Positions 25,151 to 38,326 are shown, counted from the whole stretch's first letter. The stretch is DNA of 63,811 nt, filler included, from Octopus bimaculoides (GCF_001194135.2; 7 parts of 6 records of this genome joined end to end with filler, not necessarily neighbours in it); one strand, 5' to 3'. A program made the numbers and translations. Notes: a model not told the origin generated them from the sequence alone.

Positions 25151-26879
25151 GGTTTTAGTCGAAGAAGGGGTGAAGATACAATAAGGTTTTATATAAATCA
25201 TAATTTTTAATAATTATGTTTATAATACTAATTAATAGTATTTATCATAATAAAATACTAATCGATGAAATGTTCTCCGAAGTGAGATAGGACGAGGACC
25301 AATGTTCAATATAATTCTTTAGTTGAAATTTAAAAACAAAGGTCCAGCTATTGAGACCGTTATACGGGTTAAGATAAATGAATGAATGAATGGGAAATGG
25401 TATATTTTGTAAGGGGCCCAAAAACGTTTAGCACAGGATATACTAGATTTTAAATATGAATATAATGGAATGAATATTAAGAGAGATACCTATTTGAACA
25501 TTAAAGGAATAAGACGTTTGTGGGGGGAAATGGTTCAAAAGTTGGGTTTTTTTAAATATAGGAATGTGCAATTAGTAAACCCAACGAAAAAAGTTTATTC
25601 CGTAGGAAAATTAGGAATATATTTATTGGTTAAGTGGAGGTAATAACTTGGGTAGTGGCGTAAATTGGAGACTCCTGGTCTGCCATCCAGTGCACTTAAT
25701 CAGTGAGCTGATTATCCAATCAAACAGCTAATTTCACAGTTAATTGGCTGAACAATCTATAAATCAGATAGCCTAGTGGTTAATTAAATAAATAAAAGTA
25801 AATTTCCCGAATTAAATTCTTGATTAAAAATTAAAATTAAAAATTAAGATCTAAGATACTTGTAAATTATTTTTACACATGCAAGCTCTTACTACAATTT
25901 GCTCGTGCATTTATGCACAAAATATTCAGCATACATATACATTCCTATGCACATACTCATGTGAATATATATATGTATATACATATACACCTATGTACAC
26001 AAACATACACGATGCACACTCACACTCAACATCCATACACTCAATTGCACACATGCCTATATCTCCAATCAGTTTTAATATTATATTGTTATATAAACCC
26101 GTACATGGGTACATACTTATTCGAGATTCAACACTTGGTCTCTCATCCATGTAGAAATACAAATAACAATAATATTAAAAGCACGTAGATAAGTGCGAAC
26201 TGAAAATCAAAGATCAAGAAAATATATAACTAAAAGAGGGTGTGGGGTGTAAAATTAGTATTAAAGTGTTAAATAATTATTTCGTTGTGCAGGGGAGGTT
26301 ATAATTAAATGAGTAAATGCAAAAGAGGTTCTTCATTAAATAGAAGTCGGCCTAATTTGACTTAATGTGGTCTAGAATAAACTTAAGTGAAACGGACCAA
26401 CAATGCGTATGGAATGGCAAAGTATGTTACAAAATGCAGACACATTCTTTCATTATGAAGGTGGATGATCAAGATATTATTAAGGGGGATATGTTATGGG
26501 AATGGATACGTGTGCACACTATAGTCTAAATGTATTTTAACAGTTAAGAGAATTGCAATTATATTATTATAAAAGTGTGGAAAGTTTATATTGTGGTGTA
26601 GTAAAATGAAGCAATATAATATAATATAATTTAGTTATTATATGTGGGAAATGGGGTCTTTCAACTCGGATAGTTTTAGTATATGTATATTAATAGTATG
26701 TTACCTAAAAGGGACCTAGGCGTATAAATCTATTAACCAAACTTTAATTGCAAGGTAGTTTATGTCAACATTGAGAAAAGAATTCTACTATTTCTATGGT
26801 GAAGAAATATGGGTGCAAATTAATGAACAAAATGCATACTAGAACCCTAATATTGTTTATATCAAGAGAAAGTAAATTT

Positions 26880-27120
26880 ACGCTTGCGCAAGCAGACTTA
26901 TTTCGCTGTACTCTTCAGATAAATAGTGGGAGCCTGGGCATTAATATAAGAAATCTTCCATTGATGCACAAGTATAATTTCTTGTTTTTTTTTTACATTA
27001 TAAGAGACAAGAAATTTCCATTCTAAATCAAGACTATTATCTCTATCTTTAAGCTCCCAAATATATTTACTTAATTCGGTCAAGTAATCTTATCTCTATT
27101 TCTGAAAGTGTGTAGGAGTG
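26880..27120 (-). mobile_element. Penelope-like GIY-YIG endonuclease C-terminal fragment
   Basis: TELSKYIWELKDRDNSLDLEWK matches the PLE pattern T-x-LSKYIW-x-LK-x(5)-F/L-x-x-x-W. Confidence 0.65.
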
Positions 27121-27491
27121 CGGCTAAACCTCACATCATTTCATTTTGTGNNNNNNNNNNNNNNNNNNNNNNNNNNNNNNNNNNNNNNNNNNNNTTAATT
27201 AATTAANNNNNNNNNNNNNNNNNNNNNNNNNNNNNNNNNNNNNNNNNNNNACAGCATTTAAGATCTCAACTAACATGCTGATATTTGTTAACTGTTTTGC
27301 TAATGATCTGTCCCCAAGTGTGGAAACTATGATACAAGCAATTTGTCTTCTCTCTCTCTCTCTCTCTTCAGCTAACCTTATATTTCCATATTAATTTATG
27401 CTTTCACCAATTGCATCTGCATTTATAACATCCCCCTCTCTCTAACACCCTTGTGTATGTTTGTGTGTGTTTATATTTATATAAATAAATA

Positions 27492-27551
<60 letters not shown>

Positions 27552-27950
27552 TACACACACATGCACATTAACTTGTTTCCCTTCATCATTGTCATAACAG
27601 CTTTTTGTCTTAAGTCGTTGATGTCGTCTGTTTGTTGTTCTAATATAACACCTGATTCATTGTCTGAAATGAGTTTCTCTTTTTAACAATATATCTGCCT
27701 GTTTTTTTCTTTTCTTCTTTTTTTAAAATTTCTAATTACTTAATCTCTATTTCTCTTTCCTAATGCTTTAATTATCTAAACGTCCCCCTTGTTGTCCATA
27801 AATGTTCCACTCTTGTGAACCAAATTAGACCTGCATTTGTATTATGTTGCTACTTTTTATTTCATCCTGATCTGCTATTAGGAAATGTTAAACCCTGAGT
27901 AATGGCTTGTGAAATTTTAGGTTCCAATAAAATAAACTATACATACATAC

Positions 27951-27979
<29 letters not shown>

Positions 27980-27981
<2 letters not shown>

Positions 27982-28121
27982 GTAAGAAGCTTGCTTCCCA
28001 ACCACATGGTTCTGAGTTCAGTCCCACTGCGTGGCACCTTGAGGAAGTGTCTTCTACAGCCTTGGGCCAACCAAAGCCTTGTAAGTGGATTTAGTAGACA
28101 GAAACTGAAAGAAGCCTGTCG

Positions 28122-28162
<41 letters not shown>

Positions 28163-28362
28163 CTGTTTGTTCCCCTAACATCACTTGACAACCGATGTTG
28201 GTGTGTTTATGTCCCCATAACTTAGCAGTCTGGCAAAAGAGAGCCGATAGAATAAGTACTAGGCTTACAAAGAATAAGTCCTGGTGTCAATTTGTTCGAC
28301 TAAAAGGCGGTGCTCCAGCATGGCCACAGTCAAATGACTGACACAAGTAAAAGAATTAAAGG
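27980..28362 (+). mobile_element. Octopus-type tRNA-derived SINE (OR-like) with internal (TA)n(TG)n; second head at 28383-28500; other copies at ~39900-40190(+), 51543-51913(-), 56810-57190(-), tail at ~20110-20215(+)
   Basis: Head GTGGTAAGAAGCTTGCTTCCCAACCACATGGTTC.GGGTTCAGTCCCACTGC (B-box-like GGTTCAGTCCC); tail AAGGCGGTGCTCCAGCATGGCC.CAGTC.AATGACTGA.ACAAGTAAAAG. Confidence 0.85.
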
Positions 28363-28949
28363 AATATATATGTATATGTGTGTTAAGAAACTTGCTTTCC
28401 AACCACATGGTCTGGGTTCAGTCCCACTGCATGGCACCTTGGGCAAGTGTCTTCTACTATAGCCTCAGGCCAACCAAAGCCTTGTGAGTGGATTTGGTGT
28501 ATTTAGATTTGCACAACAGAAAAATACACAGTAGTAGATTTTATTCATTTGTGACGACAAGCTTTTAGCATTCAGATTACTCTGTCAAATGTGTTACATA
28601 TTTATATATTCGCGTTGGTTTTTCTGATTTATAGACTTTCAGGCAGCTACACATGCACACAAACACACACACACACACAACACACGAAACTGAGTAATAC
28701 CACCTGGTTGATAACTGATGAGGAATTAGGGACCTTGTGTGTCTGTCATCCGTCCGTTTGTACACTCAGTACACGCTTTTTCCATTTGTCTGTGTATTCA
28801 TTATATGTTTTTTTCTTTTTGTTTGTGTATTTACTGTACATTTTTCCACTTGTATACAAATACACACACACACAGAGAATATTTGTTGGCATGTAAGATG
28901 CGCTTAAAAAAAAAAAGCTAAAAAAACTCCCCTGCTCCTGTATGTAAGT

Positions 28950-29304
28950 TGGGTCACTCATACGTTTAAATGATCTAAAAACTCTTTTACTCTGAATACA
29001 TGTTGCTGAAATCAAGCTGCATCTAAACCAAACCGAAACAGACACAGAAGTTTGATGCAGTCTCCTGGCTGGCCAGCTCCTGTCGAACCATCCAACCCAT
29101 GCCAGCATAGAAGGTGGATGTTAAATGATGATGATGATGATATACACATTTATATATATGTATGTAAATGTTGAACGATGAAAATAAGTGCATCCAGCTG
29201 TAGAAACATTGTCAGATCAGATTGGAGTCTGGTGCAGCCTCCCGGCTTTCCAGACCTCAATCAGACCATCCAACCCATGCCAGCATAGAAAGCAGGCATT
29301 AAAC

Positions 29305-29335
<31 letters not shown>
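28950..29335 (+). repeat. Two retroelement 3' tails ending GCCAGCAT.GAA.G.GGA.GTTAAA(C/T)(GAT)n; same tail at 31868-31920(-) and 59341-59370(+)
   Basis: Recurrent tail motif followed by a (GAT)n microsatellite. Confidence 0.7.
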
Positions 29336-29526
29336 CAACTGCTGCATGGAAAATATACATTCACCATTCAATTTGTTATTTAGCATCAAAATATTTGGTC
29401 GCACCAACTGCAGCCTGGCTGCTGTTGTGATTCTACTGCAGCTCGGAGTAATAATTGTTGAAGTGACATTAACAGTCCTTGTGATTTTTTTCAATGGCTA
29501 AGTATCTTCCATACAGATTGTTTTAG

Positions 29527-29568
29527 TTTCAACACACCAGAGTCTCAGATCAAATCACCTGCTGCCTG
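29527..29568 (+). CDS. Candidate 42-nt phase-2/phase-2 exon with a GC donor, upstream of the 31608 exon
   Basis: gtttttag/ acceptor (alternative ttccatacag/ at 29516); TG/gcaagt GC-type donor; frame FNTPESQIKSPAAC joins in phase to EKKPLK. Confidence 0.25.
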
Positions 29569-29648
29569 GCAAGTACACCTCCGAAATAAATATATATATT
29601 GAGGGGTAGATACATAGTCACACACACATGTGCGTAGTTGCTTTAAAC

Positions 29649-29907
29649 CTGTGGTTCTCCAATAGGGTCCGTATGATCCTTGGGGGTTCCATGTAAGATT
29701 TTGGGGTTAAAATTTATGTGCTGTATGTTGGTTACACCTCTACATTACACAAGATATTTTAACCAATTTTTTTTTAATACAATTCCCTCAAATATTAAAT
29801 TCTAAAAATATAAAGGGACTTTTTAAACATCAAATGACTAAGAGGGCCCACCTGCCTAAAATAGAAATCAAAGGAGTCCGTTGGTAAAAAATGGTTGAGA
29901 AACCCTG
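29649..29907. mobile_element. hAT-Charlie type MITE with perfect 8-bp TSD
   Basis: TSD CTTTAAAC at 29641-29648 and 29908-29915; TIRs CTGTGGTTCTCC / GGTTGAGAAACCCTG. Confidence 0.85.
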
Positions 29908-30232
29908 CTTTAAACTATCGCTTCATAATGATGGCTTTCTTCCTATATTGATAAAGCAAGATGCATGTTTTGTTTTGAAGAATCTGTCTTTTCTTTTCCA
30001 CTTTGTAAAACTCACAGAACTGTTTGTATTCAAAACTTTGAATGCTTTTCTGACCTCTGCATCCAATTTCTTTCTAGATTGTCTGTATTTTGTATAATCT
30101 GATCATGAGGGTGTGGCAGGTGTGGCTGGTGTCACTGATGGAACCAGTCAGATTGTAAATTATCTGTTGTTGTCTCTGCCAGTGTCTTTCTCATATAGCT
30201 ATTTCTTCACAAGCCTGGCATTTATTTATCTT

Positions 30233-30271
<39 letters not shown>

Positions 30272-30775
30272 NNNNNNNNNNNNNNNNNNNNNNNNNNNNN
30301 NNNNNNNNNNNNNNNNNNNNNNNNNNNNNNNNNNNNNNNNNNNNNNNNNNNNNNNNNNNNNNNNNNNNNNNNNNNNNNNNNNNNNNNNNNNNNNNNNNNN
30401 NNNNNNNNNNNNNNNNNNNNNNNNNNNNNNNNNNNNNNNNNNNNNNNNNNNNNNNNNNNNNNNNNNNNNNNNNNNNNNNNNNNNNNNNNNNNNNNNNNNN
30501 NNNNNNNNNNNNNNNNNNNNNNNNNNNNNNNNNNNNNNNNNNNNNNNNNNNNNNNNNNNNNNNNNNNNNNNNNNNNNNNNNNNNNNNNNNNNNNNNNNNN
30601 NNNNNNNNNNNNNNNNNNNNNNNNNNNNNNNNNNNNNNNNNNNNNNNNNNNNNNNNNNNNNNNNNNNNNNNNNNNNNNNNNNNNNNNNNNNNNNNNNNNN
30701 NNNNNNNNNNNNNNNNNNNNNNNNNNNNNNNNNNNNNNNNNNNNNNNNNNNNNNNNNNNNNNNNNNNNNNNNNNN

Positions 30776-30811
<36 letters not shown>

Positions 30812-30835
30812 GTTTCACACACACGTACACCTGTA

Positions 30836-30888
<53 letters not shown>

Positions 30889-31104
30889 CTTCACACACAC
30901 ATATACATGTATATGTGTGTGTATATGTAATATTTGATGTGCATACACTATTGATAGGCCAGTTACTGCAATATTTGCCTTGAGATAACTTCTCTTGTGG
31001 ACTTGCTGTGTTAGAAATACCATATATATTGGAGGGAGATGAAAATTTGTTCCAGCAGTAGGACACACATATACTTACGTGCGTTATGTATATGTGTATG
31101 TGCA

Positions 31105-31140
<36 letters not shown>

Positions 31141-31607
31141 TACATGGATTAGCAGAACTGATTGTGCATAAAACAAGTCTGCTACTATTATTGTATGTTA
31201 GTAGTATTAACATTGATGTATTATTATTATAGTTTGATTAATATTTTGTGATTGTGTGTGTATGTATATATCTGTATACATGTATCTGTATATTTGTATA
31301 CATGTGTTTTGTGTGTGTCATCATCATTATCATCCTTTAACGTTGGATGATGATGATGATGATGTATAAATTTTAAACCACCATCTGGAGAATGGTAGAA
31401 ATATTATTTGGTAAAGCATTAACGCAGGAATTGATTATTGAGTAAATTTACATTTTGAAATGTCATTAAAACACTTCATTCTTATTTTATGTTTCCTTAC
31501 TTTTTTATTCCTTGTCTTGTTTTTTTCTCCTGTTGTGAAGTTCCTGTTTGTGTTTTTATTCAATTATTAATTCTTTGTCTTCTATTCTCCATTTTTTCTA
31601 TTTCTAG

Positions 31608-31646
31608 TGAAAAGAAGCCTTTGAAGAACGAAGATACAGATGATGA
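31608..31646 (+). CDS. 39-nt internal coding exon (phase 2/2) of an unidentified host gene
   Basis: Long polypyrimidine tract tctattctccattttttctatttctag/, donor GA/gtaagt; encodes EKKPLKNEDTDD. Confidence 0.65.
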
Positions 31647-31988
31647 GTAAGTGGTTTTGTTTTTAGTTTTATTGTTATCTACCCCNNNNNNNNNNNNNNN
31701 NNNNNNNNNNNNNNNNNNNNNNNNNNNNNNNCCCCCCCCCCCCTATAGTAGATGCTTGTATGAACCAGCAAAGAAACTTTCATGGGAGAAACGGCAGCTT
31801 CACCTGTCTTAAAAAGGGTGTGATGTATTTGATGTATTTTCTACCAATAGCCATCCACTGGATGCTGTTCATCATCATCATCGTTTAACGTCCGCTTTCC
31901 ATGCTAGCATGGGTTGGACGATTTGACTAAGGAATATAAACCACATTGATGTTGTATGTCACGCAGGGCCTGTGAAGGCCAGAGGCAT

Positions 31989-32102
31989 ATGTTCTTCCTC
32001 AAAGCCAAGACCAACCTCGTGTCCTTTCTCAAAATCAAGGCTCGGGGTATATGTCCTTTCTCCAGGCCAAGGAAAGGGCTTATGTTCTTTCTCCAAGCCA
32101 GG
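31989..32102. repeat. Four degenerate ~21-bp direct repeats (ATGT.CTTTCTC.A.GCCAAG) at 30-32 bp period
   Basis: Units start at 31989, 32019, 32051 and 32082. Confidence 0.55.
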
Positions 32103-32109
32103 CTGTTAA

Positions 32110-32500
32110 AAATATTGGAAACAGATGTCTGCCTCACCCCTACCGGTGCACATCAACCACTTTAGCAGAGTGGGCTGAGTGCTTTTTGCTTCATGCAACC
32201 CAGCCTAGTCATGTCACCATGCAGATTGCAAGATTAAGATCCTGTTTGACGGAATGTGGCTACAGTAGAGAGGGAGGTAGTTTTATAGGCTATGGGATGA
32301 AGAATTAAAATAAGAGAGAAGGAGCCAAGACAGAACACGTTTCTTGCTGTAGGTGGTTTGGCGGGTGGGGCTCCATGACTACTTATATTACAGGCAAGAA
32401 GGTGGAGCTGGAAAAGAGACAAAAATAGTAATGGTAAGGTGGTAGGGTGGCCCCCTCAAAACAGGATGTGTGTATGGGTAGAGGTAGGTCAGCCCTGTTT
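32110..32500 (-). mobile_element. CR1/L2-like LINE fragment (post-RT region), decayed
   Basis: Minus-strand ...L*NYLPLYCSHIPS resembles the LYK..RP.LEYCSHIW motif of CR1-group elements. Confidence 0.4.
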
Positions 32501-32832
32501 AAAACTGATCACATTTTTTAAAGTACAGTCTATCAAGGACTATGTTGTCTGGTGTGTCCTTTCTTTGGAATATTGTAGAGTGTAATTTGACAGAGATTTG
32601 GTTAAATCTTGTGCCTTTATTGTAAATTAATTCCTTTGGAGCAGGCATGACCATCACAACCTCTTCTAATGTAATTCTCCTGGCTTCATTGTTAGAGACG
32701 TTTATTTTGGTTGGATGCAATTCTGTGTAATTAAATCTTCCGAGTTGATAATGGCGGCACCCAAAGCCAACACGAAGGCTGATGGGCGGGGTGTGGGACG
32801 GGGGGAGTGGGGCAGCAGTAGATTGGTTCCAC

Positions 32833-32984
32833 ATTTCAGCTTCAATAAACCTCAATCATGAAATGTGTGAAATTTGTGCAGCAGAAAATGGGAAATTTGT
32901 GCAGAAAAGTTAAATATTTAACAGTTTTTTTTTCTCCCCCTATACATTACAGATTTCATGATTAAGGTTTAGTGAAGCTGAAAT
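32833..32984. mobile_element. 152-bp MITE with 36-bp imperfect TIRs
   Basis: 32833-32868 is the reverse complement of 32949-32984 at 33/36 positions. Confidence 0.8.
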
Positions 32985-33471
32985 ATTGAAGTCAATAATG
33001 TGTGTGCATGTATGTGTCTATATATAAGCATGTATACACACATGTGAGTGTATACATGCATATGTCCATATTTCTACAATATATATGCATGTGTGTTTAT
33101 AAATATATATATATATATATGTATGCATGTAATGAGCATTATTTCCATCAAATTGCAGTATTTTAATGAATCCCCTTGGCTTTATACACCACCATAGCTC
33201 TGAAATACGATAGTTTTACGTAACATATTGCATCAAACCATTATTTTTCACACCTGTCTGCCATCACCACCAACTTAATTGGATAGTTTTTGTTTTTTTT
33301 TTCTTCGTAAAATTCCCAGCCATTGTTCACATGTTTTACCTGATAATAATTTTTCCGCCTCCTCTTAGTTACTGAAGGTGTTTTGTCGTCCCCCCCCCCC
33401 CACTTCTATTTGCTTTTTAATAATTCATAAATCTGATGCAGCTTACGACCTGATAGGAACACTGTTTAATG

Positions 33472-33815
33472 CAGGCATGGGCAACCCTTTTTTGAGAAAG
33501 GGCCACATGAAGCATGGCTCATTATCAGGCAGGCCTCGCTACTAAAAATGTCACGGTAACACACAGAACCATAGTTTGTCCATGATTGGTTCAACCATTC
33601 AGCATTCAGATTACTCTGTCGAATGCAATGCTTATTTATTCACATTGTCTTAAATTAATCATGCATAATTTCCTAGCTTTGAGATTTTGATGATGTGATT
33701 GTTCATTTTTAGAATGACATTGTAGGGTAGGTATGAGGGGCCAGATCTTACCCGTTTCAACATAAAACTGAGTCGGATAGGATCTGTTTAAATGCTAAAG
33801 GAATTTACTAAAAGG
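33472..33815. mobile_element. Short hAT-like MITE (33472-33588) followed by a second non-autonomous repeat starting AGCATTCAGATTACTCTGTC (also at ~28566)
   Basis: CAGGCATGGGCAACC ... GTTTGTCCATGATTG imperfect TIRs; the second element's start recurs at 28566 and it ends ATGCTAAAG. Confidence 0.5.
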
Positions 33816-34058
33816 AATTCTGCTACATTGACTGGTTTCTGTCAAGCGGTATGATGCTGGTAACCCCAATATGACCCATTTCAGGGAGACAAGTGTATAG
33901 ATATATAAACATGAGAGCTGTACGACTCTTTCAGGGAGACAATACATAGGCATGATGTATACACTAGAATTATATGGACTGAAGCTGATTGGCAGAAAAG
34001 CCAAATTGCTGTTAATCTCTGCAGTGCTTCTAATTATTTGTGAATTATTTTCTTGCAG

Positions 34059-34122
34059 TTTAAAGAAAGATCAAACAGATAAGATTAATACGGAAGACAC
34101 CAAATGTGAAGATATTATGTCT
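34059..34122 (+). CDS. 64-nt coding exon of the same host gene
   Basis: ttattttcttgcag/ acceptor and TCT/gtaagt donor; phase-2 start joins GA|T; encodes (D)LKKDQTDKINTEDTKCEDIMS. Confidence 0.65.
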
Positions 34123-34235
34123 GTAAGTATTTTATCTCTTCCTTTCATATTTGTTAGTTTTTTTATTTATTTATTTATACTTTAATTAATACAGTTCTAA
34201 TTGTTTTTTTGTTTTTGTTTTTTTTTTTCTTTCAG

Positions 34236-34247
34236 AAGGAATCCTAG
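34236..34247 (+). CDS. Terminal coding exon (KES*) followed by a long AT-rich putative 3' UTR
   Basis: Very long poly-T tract then ctttcag/; AAG GAA TCC TAG in phase 0; AATAAA at ~35274. Confidence 0.55.
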   Translation, partial: KES

Positions 34248-34588
34248 AAGGTGTGAACATATTTTCATCACCTAACTGGCACTAAATGCTAAAACCTCCA
34301 ACACCTCCGGCAAGCTTGGGAAAAGTGTCAGTTAGTGGTTTACCTCTTATCCACACACACACACACACGACCCCTCCAACCCCCACCCTGCCCAGACCCT
34401 TGCATTCTCCAGCTCCCCACCAACCACACCCATCCACCCACTCCAAAGGAGAGGACTACTATGTAACAGCTGGCCTGCATTAGAAGCTTCTGTTATAGAT
34501 GTAGTTCTTTCTTTCTTTCTTTCTTCATTTTTTTCTATTCTTTTATTGTCTACTTCTAAGAACCAATTTGTTTTATTTACAAGTGTGC

Positions 34589-34676
<88 letters not shown>

Positions 34677-36115
34677 ACACAGGCATATTTCAATATACAT
34701 TCATATAAACATGCATATATGTGTATGCTCATACATATATGCATATATATGCATGCTCATACATATATATACACATACTTCCACATACACGTAAGCATTT
34801 AAAATTTTTAATGTTACAGAGTTGTATACTTAATATTTTTGAATCATTAACTATTTATTTTCTTTACTTTTATTTCAACAATTTCACAACTGTTTTAAAA
34901 GCATTTAGTTTATTTTTTAAAAAGAACATTTTGAAGACCTGCTGATATTAAACAGTATTAGAACTTTAAGAACACCAACAACACTACAAACAAAAAAGCA
35001 CAACCAAGAAATTCTTTTGCAGTTGCAACACTTCGCAACGCAACCGACCAAACAACCAAAAACGCTATTACTGAAACATATTTGATGGTTTCAAAAATAA
35101 TAATAATAACAATATTGATTCTAGTGTTTTCTTGCTTTTCGGTAAAAATTCTTCTTGTATCTTTCTCTCTTCATTATCCATCTTTGTTCACCAATATTCT
35201 TATGGTCCTTTTCATGATGTTTTTTTTTTTATATATGTGCATGGCCTGCTTGGCCAACTGAAACAGGTGAAAAATAAAATGTAAAGCCTATACTTTGTTT
35301 AATTTTTAAGCCTCAAAAAAAAAAAAAAATCATAAAATGTCTCCAAGACATGATTTTCCATTATTTTTAGCCATTAATTTATGCATTAAAAAGTAAACAA
35401 ACACACACACACACATACACACATGTGCGCAAAGAAAAGAATCCTTGTTTTAATTTTTGTTAAATGTTAAAACAAAAAGAAAAAAATCTTTAATTTACCT
35501 TAGATACTTAAATGTTCGTTACAGTTTTGATTATTTGAATTCCATTCACCCTTCTCTATGTTTTTTTTTAATCATTTGTTGTAAATTTTGAGAATAAAAC
35601 ATGGAAAATATGATNNNNNNNNNNNNNNNNNNNNNNNNNNNNNNNNNNNNNNNNNNNNNNNNNNNNNNNNNNNNNNNNNNNNNNNNNNNNNNNNNNNNNN
35701 NNNNNNNNNNNNNNNNNNNNNNNNNNNNNNNNNNNNNNNNNNNNNNNNNNNNNNNNNNNNNNNNNNNNNNNNNNNNNNNNNNNNNNNNNNNNNNNNNNNN
35801 NNNNNNNNNNNNNNNNNNNNNNNNNNNNNNNNNNNNNNNNNNNNNNNNNNNNNNNNNNNNNNNNNNNNNNNNNNNNNNNNNNNNNNNNNNNNNNNNNNNN
35901 NNNNNNNNNNNNNNNNNNNNNNNNNNNNNNNNNNNNNNNNNNNNNNNNNNNNNNNNNNNNNNNNNNNNNNNNATATATCATTCCATCCTATTTTGGGGTT
36001 TCAGCCTTTGGTTTTTCTCTTGAAAATTTGGTCAATGAAATCCTTATTTCATTAATTGTTTTTGTTTGTTTGTTTTGTTTTATTGTCATTAATTATGTAT
36101 AGTATGGAATAATTT

Positions 36116-36151
<36 letters not shown>

Positions 36152-36796
36152 CTCCAGAATTGTTGAACATTATAACTAAGACTGCCAACTTAAGGAATAC
36201 TGAATTTCCTTCCTTGTTCCAACTCCTTTGACTACTTTGGGTAAAATACCAGCTTCTTGGACACTTCAGTTATTCAAAGAACTTTCTTTGTGTTGAATAT
36301 ATATATGCGCGTGTGTGTGTGTGTGGTTACGTGGCATTATACTTAAGCAGCCTTCAGTTATTAAGAGCATTAGGTTGTCTGTGAATCCTTTGAAGTATTA
36401 GCAAAATGCTTTGCCATGTTTAGTCTTGTTTCTTTATGTTCTGGGTTCAGGTTTTGCTGATGTTGTTGACTTTTGCCCTTCGTCATCCTTCTGGGACCAA
36501 TAAAAAATATGTGGAAGTGAAGTATTGGAGTTAATTTAATCAACTTTCCCCTCCCTGAAATTCATGGCCTTTCGCCTCAGTCGGAAAGTCATCATCATCA
36601 TCGTCATCATCCTCATTATTATTATTCAGTGGATGATGGTTCGCAAGAATTATGGTGTCAAACGAAAAACCCTTTCAGTATTTAATTGCTTCTGTTGATA
36701 TTTTGAATTCAAGTCTTGCCGAGGTGAACTTAGCCTTTCATATTTCTGAGGTCAGCGTAATTAGCAGTCAAGTGCTGGGATTGATTTATTCATCTC

Positions 36797-36860
<64 letters not shown>

Positions 36861-37384
36861 TCTCCTTTTGTTTGAAATCCTTAGAGCAATGGATGGAGAG
36901 AATCATTTGAAGTGTTTCATGATGTTTAGTTAGGGCTTTTCACATTCCTGCCAAGGTGAACTCTGCTGTTTGTCCTTCCAAGACTGATATGGTTTAAAGT
37001 ACCAGTCTAATTCTGGAGTGAATAGTATTAACTGAACCCTTCCCATCAAAATTGCTAAATCAGGAACCATCGTCATTATTATTATTATTATTATTGTTGT
37101 TATTATTCTTTCATTTGCACAGTAACAGTCTTGTTAACATTGGATTGTATAATTGATTCCCTTCTCTTATCAAGTTATATAACCTCAGATAGACAGTGCT
37201 TTCTGCAGGATATTTGCTGTTCCTAAAAGTCTTGTAATTTACAATGTCATAATTGTAAATTACAACATTGGGGTTCCAATTTGTGTCAAGGTGTTTCTAA
37301 AGGGGTTTTCTCACCAACCCAAATACACCAATCGCAATTGGTACCACTTCGGCTTTCATATTCTACATATTATTATTATTGTTA

Positions 37385-37430
<46 letters not shown>

Positions 37431-37850
37431 TTGGTTTCAAGTTTTTGACACAAGGGTAGTAAGTTCAGGGAATGGGTTAAGTCAATTACCATCGACCCCA
37501 GTATGCAACTGGTACTTTATTTTATCGACCTCGAAAGGATGAAAGGCAAAAATCGGCCTCAGTGTTCCCCTCCTCCCAAATTTCAGGCCTTGTGCCTATG
37601 GTAGAAAGGATTATTATTATTATTATTATTATTAAGACGGCAAGTTGGTAGAATTGTTAGCATGTTGGACGAAATGCTTAGCGGCATTTCATCTGCCGCT
37701 ACGTTATGAGTTCACATTCTACCAAGGTCAACTTTGCTTTCATCTTTTTGGAGCCGATAAATTAAGTACCAGTTGAACACTTGGGTCAATGTAATCAACT
37801 TATCCTCTCCCCCCCCCCCAATGACTGCCCTTGTGGCAAAATTTGAAACC

Positions 37851-37881
<31 letters not shown>

Positions 37882-38294
37882 CTCATATTGGGGGGGGGGA
37901 ACCCATAATCTTCCCTCACCTCACCCCTTTCATATTCCACCCCATTTACTTTCTGAGTGTTTACCAAGTGTAGACAATAAATTATGCTGAATATTAACGA
38001 TGTATGTAAATTACATTTGCTAATAAACCTCATTATCTTTAATTAGTTGAAATGTAAACATTAGTCGTGTCTTCATAAATACACATATATGTATGTATCG
38101 TATATGATGTAAGCATCACATGGTTGACAGGTAGACATATATGTTTTTGGGGTGTACAAATGCAAGGAAAAGTACCCAATATATGTAGAGAAGTTGTTTG
38201 AATATTTGTTGGAGGTAGCTTCTCCAAATTTCTCAGGTGTAAAATCTCACTTGGTACAAGTGTATCAACAACTCAACAACTTGGAAATGAATCT

Positions 38295-38326
<32 letters not shown>

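Noticed and set aside
27980-28040. tRNA gene
   Set aside because: The B-box-like motif belongs to a multi-copy SINE head; no cloverleaf can be drawn.
28684-28730. GAAAC...CTGATGAG (type-II hammerhead order)
   Set aside because: I could not find stem III/NUH or stem I pairing.
29990-30090. Minus-strand frame SRKKLDAEVRKAFKVLNTNSS with a following GTGAGT, reminiscent of an EF-hand entry helix
   Set aside because: Loop residues do not fit D-x-D-x-D-G, the acceptor is weak and there are no partner exons.
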